Source: a virus
Taxonomy: Duplodnaviria > Caudoviricetes
DNA length: 64,000 nt
IMG/VR virus record: IMGVR_UViG_3300036770_005357
Strand: one strand, 5' to 3'
The notes below the pieces were generated by a model. The model had not been told where the DNA came from and made no database searches. It saw nothing but the letters and a program-made list of their open reading frames with translations. Both the position numbers and the translations under genes were made by a program. Numbering within the stretch: the first letter of the stretch is position 1; each line of letters starts with the position of its first letter. Of the stretch, positions 31,140 through 37,586 are shown piece after piece.

Positions 31140-31213
31140 TGGAGCGGAATCTCGGACTTGCACCGGCCTTGTGAACTGGTAGTCCACCGTGCTCCTCATG
31201 ACACTAATTCCGC
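31140..31213 (-). tRNA. tRNA-Gly(ACC)
   Basis: Acceptor GCGGAAT/ATTCCGC, U73, CCA; anticodon stem GTGGA/TTCAC with loop CT-ACC-AG; T-loop TGCAAGT with a weak T-stem. Confidence 0.75.
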
Positions 31214-31224
31214 ATTAAATCTAA

Positions 31225-31525
31225 TAAAATAGGGAGGATTAATGATTACCTCCAAGTTTCTTAACTACGATATGTTATTCGTCCACAATCCATAAAGTTA
31301 ATTACTCTCTATGTTCACGATCGATGGGACTCTTTTACCCACAACAAGCCACGATTTATCATACGATTTTAGCTACGATCTCGTTACGCTCAAACTTAAA
31401 GTTGTACGACTTCAAATTCTCCATAGACTTACATACCATAATTATTACTTCAACCAATATGCCATGTTTTTCAACACAACACACTGTGCGTTATACCCTA
31501 AACGAAGGTATTGTTCCGCCACTAT
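31225..31525 (-). ncRNA. Candidate structured ncRNA within the tRNA operon
   Basis: ~300 nt with no credible ORF and several hairpins (atacc/ggtat, ttgaagt/actttaa, gtggg/cccat); starts just downstream of a boxA-like element. Confidence 0.35.
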
Positions 31526-31532
31526 CTTAAAT

Positions 31533-31545
31533 TGTTAAAGAACTA
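31533..31545 (-). promoter_or_regulatory. boxA-like antitermination element
   Basis: TAGTTCTTTAACA versus rrn boxA TGCTCTTTAACA. Confidence 0.6.
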
Positions 31546-31553
31546 TCAAAAAA

Positions 31554-31641
31554 TGGTGGGCAAGGTGGGATTTGAACCCACAGCGTTTCTAATGTAAGGG
31601 ATTTTAAGTCCCTCGTGTTTCTCCAGTTTCACCACTTGCCC
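31554..31641 (-). tRNA. tRNA-Leu(TAA)
   Basis: Full cloverleaf; AGGGA-CT TAA AA-TCCCT; long variable arm; CCA encoded. Confidence 0.93.
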
Positions 31642-31668
31642 ATTTAAATTTTAAAGAACCGTCACTTA

Positions 31669-32331
31669 CTACTTTCTTATCTTACCACAGGTTTTCTTTT
31701 CGTCAAGCGCTTTAATAAATATCAATTTCTTATTTTCGCCTGTAGGTTTGACAAACTTTTCTTTTAGTTGTTCACCTTTATCCCACTTCATACTCACACT
31801 TTTATGTGAAGGTAATCCAGCGGTTTCACCAATACATTTCCAATTATCAGCTCGATATACAGCGCCATTGTTACCACCAGCAACAAAGGTTATTATATAT
31901 TTCAAATCATCACCATATTTCTTCTTCCATTCAATTGGAGCTAATTTTCTCAACTGTTTAAGAATCATAGTTCCAGCATTTGGAATCTTTCGTTTCAAAC
32001 AAAATCTCCAATTATTTGCAAAACTATTGAATACATCTTTATACTGATTCTTAGATAAATTAACTTCAGTAAGAATATCTTTGGGTGGTGGATATACACT
32101 ACTACCAATACCAATCATACCCAATAATTCTTTATCAGGTGGTGGAAATAAATCTTCGGAACCGTCTTCAACTAAATAAACCAACCAATCAATTCTTCTA
32201 CCAACACTAGAATTGGATGGTACATAACTATGATGATTTTCAATAACCTTTTTAACTAGTTTCTTTTGATCTTCTGTAACTACTAGTTCAAGTTTAATTA
32301 TTGATTTGTTTTTTGATAAATCCACGCTCAT
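31669..32331 (-). CDS. DUF4338/DruA-like (Mom-related GNAT-fold) putative DNA-modification protein
   Basis: HHSY, ANNWRF, EWKKKYG, TFV and GAVYRADNWKCIGETAG motifs; likely start MSVDL (32331). Confidence 0.75.
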   Translation of the reverse strand: MSVDLSKNKSIIKLELVVTEDQKKLVKKVIENHHSYVPSNSSVGRRIDWLVYLVEDGSEDLFPPPDKELLGMIGIGSSVYPPPKDILTEVNLSKNQYKDVFNSFANNWRFCLKRKIPNAGTMILKQLRKLAPIEWKKKYGDDLKYIITFVAGGNNGAVYRADNWKCIGETAGLPSHKSVSMKWDKGEQLKEKFVKPTGENKKLIFIKALDEKKTCGKIRK

Positions 32332-32899
32332 CAAATATGAATCGGTTTTGATATACACTGTTACAATGATAACATTGAGGAATAGTATTGTCAATAGTAA
32401 GTGGTTTATTAGGATCCATATGTCCTTTTTCTAAACGAGTAATATCCGATGGAAATTTAAAATGTGGTTCACCTTCTTTACTACCACAACAAATACATCT
32501 GTAATTATAAGTTTTCTTCAAACCATCCCAATCAATATTACAGTCTCTACGACCTAACGACCAATTTAAATGTGGTACCGTAAAATCACTTGCTTGATAA
32601 TTACAATTCTTTTTATTACCAGACTTACTTATATTCCATCCTTTTTGTGTACTTAAATGTCTAGCTTGTTGTACATCATTAACTTCAGGATAAAAATTAC
32701 GAATAAAAATAGTCAACTCACGCTTACTAACAAGTCGATCACGATGTCTATACAAATAAACAAGTGTAAGAGCATCAATAACAAACTTATTATTCTTCTT
32801 AGAAATAAGTTTAGGCATAACAATACCCAACTTCTCAAGATGTTCCTTGTGAAGATTTACGAGTTCTTGATATACACTATTAATTTCTTCGATAGTCAT
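32294..32899 (-). CDS. HNH (betabetaalpha-Me) endonuclease with N-terminal helical/winged-helix-like domain, restriction-enzyme-like
   Basis: CICC...GHMDP...DNTIPQCYHCN zinc/HNH motifs. Confidence 0.8.
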   Translation of the reverse strand: MTIEEINSVYQELVNLHKEHLEKLGIVMPKLISKKNNKFVIDALTLVYLYRHRDRLVSKRELTIFIRNFYPEVNDVQQARHLSTQKGWNISKSGNKKNCNYQASDFTVPHLNWSLGRRDCNIDWDGLKKTYNYRCICCGSKEGEPHFKFPSDITRLEKGHMDPNKPLTIDNTIPQCYHCNSVYQNRFIFDERGFIKKQINN

Positions 32900-32904
32900 T
32901 TGTA

Positions 32905-32946
32905 TGGTGGGTATGGAGGGAGTCGAACCCCCATGCCTTTCGGCGG
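32905..32946 (-). pseudogene. 3' half of a class II (Leu-type) tRNA
   Basis: Variable arm GCC-GAAA-GGC, T-arm GGGGG-TTCGACT-CCCTC and CATACCC-A-CCA; no matching 5' half seen. Confidence 0.7.
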
Positions 32947-32954
32947 TTTTATAA

Positions 32955-33031
32955 TGGTAGCTAGGGTCAGATTCGAACTGACACTGGACCGATTTTGAGT
33001 CGGGTGCCTCCTGCCGTTGGGCTACCTAGCC
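32955..33031 (-). tRNA. tRNA-Leu(CAA), short variable loop
   Basis: Cloverleaf with loop CT CAA AA, T-loop TTCGAAT, A73, CCA. Confidence 0.9.
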
Positions 33032-33045
33032 ATTAAAATTAAAAA

Positions 33046-33138
33046 TGGTGGTCCTGTCAGGTAACGCTCCTGATTCTTACGCTAGTCCGGCGATTAACTG
33101 TGTTATAAGCACAGCGGCTTTCTTTAAGCTACAGGACC
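33046..33138 (-). tRNA. tRNA-Ile(TAT), atypical
   Basis: GGTCCTG/CAGGACC acceptor; CTGTG-CT TAT AA-CACAG; 24-nt variable region; T-loop AGCGTTA; CCA. Confidence 0.8.
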
Positions 33139-33178
33139 ATTTTAAAATTTTTAAAGAACTATCAACTTCTATGTAATA

Positions 33179-33206
33179 ACTATACCATGTTCTTTTTAAG
33201 AGTCAA
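33179..33206 (-). promoter_or_regulatory. Sigma70-type promoter
   Basis: TTGACT-N16-TATAGT with TG extension. Confidence 0.7.
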
Positions 33207-33276
33207 CCGAAATTTTTGGTTTCGGGTTAAATATTTAAAATTCGATTTTTGAGTTTTATTTATATATTTATATTAT

Positions 33277-33951
33277 ATGACTTTTTTATTTACTGACAAA
33301 GATTTCGAAAATGCTAAATCACATGACAAGTTGAATCTTAAATGTAAAAATTGTAACGGAACATTTTCTTCTACCAAGAAAGCGATTAATTTTGAATTAA
33401 AACATAAAAGAGGTAGATTACAATTTTGTACAAAAAAATGTTTTGATGATAAACAAACTAATAAAAATCCTGTTAATTGTAAACAATGTAATAAAATAGT
33501 TTTAAAAATACCTAGTCAACTTAAAAGGTCTCCGAATACATTTTGTTCTTCTTCTTGTTCCGCAACTTATAATAATACACATAAAAAATTTGGTACTAGA
33601 AGATCTAAATTAGAAAAATGGTTGGAAGAAAAATTGATTCAGTTACATCCGAATTTAGTTTTTCACTTTAATCGTAAAGACACTATCAACGCCGAATTAG
33701 ACATTTATATACCATCTTTAAAGTTAGCATTCGAGTTAAATGGAATATTTCATTACGAACCAATATATGGAGAAGAAAAACTACATTCAACTCAAAATAA
33801 TGATAAAAGAAAATTCCAAGCGTGTTTAGAACAAAAAATTGAACTTTGTATTATAGATGTTTCCAAAGAAACATATTTTAAAGAACATATATCAAAAAAA
33901 TATTTAGATATTATAAATAATATAATAAATTCTAAATTGTTGAATTCTTAG
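33277..33951 (+). mobile_element. Free-standing zinc-ribbon + PD-(D/E)xK/Vsr-like putative homing endonuclease
   Basis: Repeated CxxC motifs, then RSKLE...ELDIYIPSLKLAFELNGIFHY; inserted antisense within the tRNA operon. Confidence 0.78.
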
Positions 33952-34009
33952 TTACAGATATTAACTGTATGCAATAGTCACTGCGTGCAAGTGATTCAAC
34001 TTGACTATC
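33939..34009 (-). ncRNA. HDV-like (theta-type) self-cleaving ribozyme at the 3' end of tRNA-Met
   Basis: P1 GATAGTC/GACTATT with a G.U first pair; P2 GTTGAA-TC/GA-A-TTCAAC; P3 ACT/AGT; L3 TGCACGC; P1.1 GC/GC; P4 TACAG/CTGTA; J4/2 ACTAA. Confidence 0.85.
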
Positions 34010-34084
34010 TTGCAGCTACAGGAGTCGAACCTGCTATCGCCTGGTTATGAGCCAGGAATGATATTTCCGTTTCACTCAGCTGCG
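34010..34084 (-). tRNA. tRNA-Met(CAT), initiator-like, CCA not encoded
   Basis: C1xA72 mismatch; CCTGG-CT CAT AA-CCAGG; T-loop TTCGACT; ends at discriminator A73. Confidence 0.88.
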
Positions 34085-34282
34085 ATTGAAAATTTAAAAG
34101 AACTAAAATTGTAAATTGGTGTTGGGTATTTTTATTGAATACTTAATTACCCAACGAATCAAGTATACCATGAACTAACCCCGCAACCAAGAAATTTTTA
34201 AGAGAATTTCCAACTCTGGGAGTTTTTGGTTATATACTCCTCCACCAGTCAGTTTTGAATTTGGATGTCTGACAACCAAAAG

Positions 34283-34357
34283 TGGCAGTCCTGCGGAGAT
34301 TCGCACTCCGGTCTCTTGGATGAAAGCCAAGAATCCTAACTACTAGACGACAGGACC
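34283..34357 (-). tRNA. tRNA-Glu(TTC)
   Basis: CTTGG-CT TTC AT-CCAAG; T-loop TGCGAAT; G73; CCA. Confidence 0.92.
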
Positions 34358-34367
34358 ATTTAAAGCG

Positions 34368-34510
34368 AACTGGTAACCCGATTCGGTTTTTTACGAACCG
34401 GTTTCCTACTGTCTTTAGGCGGATGATTTATGTTTTCTCTTCTCACGTCAAGCGGTTATACAATAGACAGTGTATAACTTTTTGTCATCCTCTCTAGATA
34501 ATTACCAGTT
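34368..34510 (-). ncRNA. Unassigned multi-stem RNA with predicted kissing loops
   Basis: 9-bp closing stem and four internal helices; loops CTGTCTAT and AAGACAG are complementary over 6 nt. Confidence 0.65.
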
Positions 34511-34515
34511 TAAAT

Positions 34516-34590
34516 TGGTAGGGCGCCACGGTAACGATCCGTGTTCTACTGGTTAAAAGCCAGTTGCTTCACCGTTAAAGCTTGCACCCC
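34516..34590 (-). tRNA. tRNA-Lys(TTT)
   Basis: ACTGG-CT TTT AA-CCAGT; T-loop ATCGTTA; CCA. Confidence 0.92.
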
Positions 34591-34598
34591 ATTAAAAA

Positions 34599-34611
34599 TG
34601 TTAAAGAACTA
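34599..34611 (-). promoter_or_regulatory. boxA-like antitermination element
   Basis: TAGTTCTTTAACA directly upstream of tRNA-Lys. Confidence 0.6.
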
Positions 34612-34762
34612 AACTTACAGAAACCGTGTAACTTTTGTATCCCTAAAGTTACAGAAAAGGGTCAGACTCACACTGAGGTGATAAGTTGTTTTTTCGTTAA
34701 ACTTATAACAATCGGTTGAGTTTTTAGTTTTCGGTATCGGACTCAACTAACCTTATGTAATC

Positions 34763-34790
34763 ATCTTACCAGAACTTTTCGTTTTGTCAA
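34763..34790 (-). promoter_or_regulatory. Sigma70-type promoter
   Basis: TTGACA-N16-TAAGAT with TG extension. Confidence 0.7.
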
Positions 34791-34916
34791 CCGTCTTTTT
34801 TCTTTTTCTTTTTGGCGATCCCCTTTGATAGAAGGTCAAGGCGATTCCTGCACACTTAGATGCTCTGGAGGAGTGCTACTCCCGCCATGCTAGAAAAAGA
34901 ACTTACTATACTTATT

Positions 34917-34944
34917 ATCCTACCACAAACTTTTCAAAGATCAA
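34917..34944 (-). promoter_or_regulatory. Sigma70-type promoter
   Basis: TTGATC-N16-TAGGAT with TG extension. Confidence 0.55.
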
Positions 34945-34995
34945 GTATTTTTTGTAGTTATAAATATATAAATGTTCAAAAAAATACTTGTAAAA

Positions 34996-35077
34996 ATGGC
35001 GCTTCGGGAGGGATTTGAACCCACATTTACATCCAATTATGCACTTAGAGCTTAGAAGACTCCGCCATTACCGAAGC
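34996..35077 (-). tRNA. tRNA-Arg(TCT)-like gene lacking the D-arm
   Basis: GCTTCGG/CCGAAGC acceptor, G73, CCA; only 7 nt between acceptor and anticodon stems; loop CT TCT AA; 22-nt variable region. Confidence 0.65.
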
Positions 35078-35094
35078 ACGATCACTTATTGAAA

Positions 35095-35424
35095 TTACTG
35101 CTTATCCTTCTTTAGTTCATCTTGTACTGACTTACCCAGTTCTGTCAAGCCAAAAAGTGGCTCTCCATTCTTATCATAACCAACAATCTGTACAAGTCCT
35201 TGCTTGACAAGATCATCCACAGTTTCCTTAACCTCCATAAGAGAAGCCTCTTCATAGATTTCATTGGCTTCAGCTTCGTCACAACCAGTTTCCTTCATAA
35301 TGTACTCAATGGCAGATTGTCGTTCACACTGCTTATCCAGCTCATCTACATTAAGATTTGCGCAATGGTTAAGCACTTGATCAATTGTACCGGTAAACAT
35401 ACCACCGTGTTCAGAAAATTCCAT
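35095..35424 (-). CDS. Hypothetical protein (winged-helix-like C-terminus)
   Basis: 109 aa; LVKQGLVQIVG...LTELGK pattern. Confidence 0.65.
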   Translation of the reverse strand: MEFSEHGGMFTGTIDQVLNHCANLNVDELDKQCERQSAIEYIMKETGCDEAEANEIYEEASLMEVKETVDDLVKQGLVQIVGYDKNGEPLFGLTELGKSVQDELKKDKQ

Positions 35425-35443
35425 AGTATTATTTAATTAATAA

Positions 35444-35752
35444 TTAGACACTAAGATTGAAATCGTAGCTAGTTTCATCAGTATGCTGCTTGTAGTACCT
35501 ACGGGCACGATTTGACATGTGATGAAGAACCTTGTTGACATTGTGAGGAACCCTAACATTAGGCCCCCAACCAAACTCAGCACGACCGAAAGCAATGTCA
35601 TAAGCACGATGCTTATCAAACTTATCGCCAGCGGTGGTGTTGGTATAACTCCAACCTAGGCGAATTTGGTTATTGATAACGGTTGCGACGACGAGACCAC
35701 GAGCATTACCCTTACGATCACGAACGAACTGAGACAGACTAGTATCCTTCAT
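35444..35752 (-). CDS. Hypothetical early protein
   Basis: 102 aa, downstream of a sigma70 promoter. Confidence 0.7.
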   Translation of the reverse strand: MKDTSLSQFVRDRKGNARGLVVATVINNQIRLGWSYTNTTAGDKFDKHRAYDIAFGRAEFGWGPNVRVPHNVNKVLHHMSNRARRYYKQHTDETSYDFNLSV

Positions 35753-35800
35753 ATTTAGTTTTTTGTTTTTTGGTTTAGATTGTGTACCGACGATAAAACC

Positions 35801-35828
35801 ACTATACCATACCTTTATAGAAAGTCAA
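35801..35828 (-). promoter_or_regulatory. Sigma70-type promoter
   Basis: TTGACT-N16-TATAGT with TG extension. Confidence 0.7.
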
Positions 35829-35854
35829 GCGGGTATTTTGAAGGAATATAGTTT

Positions 35855-36877
35855 TTATATATTGAATATAGATTTTAGCTTAGATTCTACTGTATAGAAC
35901 CAATCTGTATTATTTGAAGGTGTGGTTGGAATTTTACTTAAAAGTATTTTCGTACTATATGTTGCCAAACCATGTTGTTCGGCATCATTACAATTGGCAT
36001 ATTGTTCGTAGTGATTTGGCAATGGTACCATTAAGACTGGTTTATTATTCAATATAGCTTCAGCGGTTGTTTCAAATCCACCGCTACAAATAACAGCTTT
36101 GCACACTTTCATTTTTTCTTGAAAAAGTTTACCGTCTAATTTATGTAATTTTAAGTTATGTGGACATTCAAAATTTCTTGTTAATCTTGTAAAGCATTCT
36201 AATTTTATATCTGGATATTTTATAGCTTCTTCAATTAAACCGGGTACCAAATCTTGATTCATTAAATATATTAACACAAAATCTTCAGTTTTGTCACTTT
36301 TGTCATAACTGTTTTGTCTAAGCACTGGTGGACAGCAGATAACATTATCATCATTAAATTCATAATAACTCAACGCAACTTTTTTGGCTCGTATAGTTGT
36401 GATACAATTAATTAACTTTACAAAGAATTTTTGTATTGCATAACCATTTATTTTTGGATATACATCAAGTATCATTGCATTTTGGTGGGATATGCTTATA
36501 TAATTGATTTTAGGAAATAATAAAGCAGAAAGCCCGACCAATGGTTCATAAAAGTTAACAATTGTATCTGGATTTTCTTGTTTGATTGTTTTACAAATCT
36601 TAATAAATGCATAAATTAATCGGGGTAATTCTATTACATTTTTTAACATGGTTTTCCATAAAACTACTTTGCCGTGATTATCAAATACAAAATCAAAACC
36701 TTCAAAGGTTACCACATTAAATTCATCGGTAAAAAACTTTGGTAGACCTACTTTCTTTTCTGCTGCTAATATACAGCTTACATCGTGATTGTTTTTATTT
36801 AGAAATTGTTTAGTGGCAATAGCTTGTATTGTATGTCCACTACCTTCTGTACAAACAGCAAATAATATTTTTTTCAT
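35855..36877 (-). CDS. GT-B glycosyltransferase, MJ1255/VC2487-like (GT28/UgtP-related)
   Basis: TEGSGH N-terminal loop; ICSGGFETTAEAILNNKPVLMVP...EQYAN C-terminal motif. Confidence 0.85.
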   Translation of the reverse strand: MKKILFAVCTEGSGHTIQAIATKQFLNKNNHDVSCILAAEKKVGLPKFFTDEFNVVTFEGFDFVFDNHGKVVLWKTMLKNVIELPRLIYAFIKICKTIKQENPDTIVNFYEPLVGLSALLFPKINYISISHQNAMILDVYPKINGYAIQKFFVKLINCITTIRAKKVALSYYEFNDDNVICCPPVLRQNSYDKSDKTEDFVLIYLMNQDLVPGLIEEAIKYPDIKLECFTRLTRNFECPHNLKLHKLDGKLFQEKMKVCKAVICSGGFETTAEAILNNKPVLMVPLPNHYEQYANCNDAEQHGLATYSTKILLSKIPTTPSNNTDWFYTVESKLKSIFNI

Positions 36878-37578
36878 AATTTTATTAATTGTATATCACC
36901 GTCAACAGTTTCAACTACAGCTGTAAGGCTTTCAACGAAATCTCCTGTATTAACATAATGAATATTGTTCATTTGTTTGATTATAGGCGCGTGTATATGT
37001 CCACAAATTACGCCGTCATAATTATTTAATTTACAATATTCCGATAGAGTATCTTCATAATTACCGATGTATTTTACAGCTTCTTTAGCTTTTTGTTTTA
37101 AAAAATTACTGAAGCTAAATTTAAACATTCTGAATAATTTATTTATACCCAAACTAAAATCGTAAATTACAGCTCCAATTCTTTGAATCCACTTATTTTT
37201 GGTTACTATGCCATCAAATTGATCGCCGTGTATAATCAAATATCTTTTATTATTCAGTGTTGTATGTATTGTTTCTCTTGTAATAAGAATATTATCTCCA
37301 AAATGAATATCATTAAATGGTTCCATAAAGTCATCGTGATTACCCCACAAATAGGTAACAACCGTACCTTTACGACTCATTCTTAATATCTTTTGCAATA
37401 TTACATTGTAGTTGTTGTGCCATTTAAATCTTCGTTTGAGTGCCCAACCATCTACAAAATCACCTATTATGTATAAATATTCACATTCAGTTTCACTTAT
37501 TAATTTCAATAACTTTTCATGATTACAAAACTCACTTCCAATGTGTGTATCGCTAATAAAAAGAGTTCTTACTTTCAT
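36874..37578 (-). CDS. plcP: PlcP-like phospholipase C (LpxH-family metallophosphoesterase)
   Basis: RTLFISDTH, GDFVDGW, QKILRMSRKGT, GNHD, HGDQFD, DGVICGHIH and NTGDFVESLTA motifs; likely start MKVRTLF; TGA/ATG overlap with the glycosyltransferase. Confidence 0.75.
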   Translation of the reverse strand: MKVRTLFISDTHIGSEFCNHEKLLKLISETECEYLYIIGDFVDGWALKRRFKWHNNYNVILQKILRMSRKGTVVTYLWGNHDDFMEPFNDIHFGDNILITRETIHTTLNNKRYLIIHGDQFDGIVTKNKWIQRIGAVIYDFSLGINKLFRMFKFSFSNFLKQKAKEAVKYIGNYEDTLSEYCKLNNYDGVICGHIHAPIIKQMNNIHYVNTGDFVESLTAVVETVDGDIQLIKL

Positions 37579-37586
37579 TGACAATA

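Noticed and set aside
31225-31538. tmRNA, RNase P RNA, or plus-strand ORFs 31311/31324
   Set aside because: No tRNA-Ala-like ends, tag or P4 consensus; the plus ORFs run antisense to the operon and lack recognisable signals.
32657-32998. 113-aa plus-strand ORF
   Set aside because: Antisense to the HNH gene and two tRNA sequences; no domain signal.
34368-34510. SAM-I or lysine riboswitch identity for the kissing-loop RNA
   Set aside because: TTATCTAGAGAGG resembles the SAM-I 5' end, but the GCAAC core and P1 partner are missing; lysine-riboswitch conserved cores are absent; no downstream mRNA.
34996-35077. Amber suppressor (CTA) reading of the last tRNA
   Set aside because: Centring the loop on CTA breaks the anticodon stem; only CT-TCT-AA gives five pairs.
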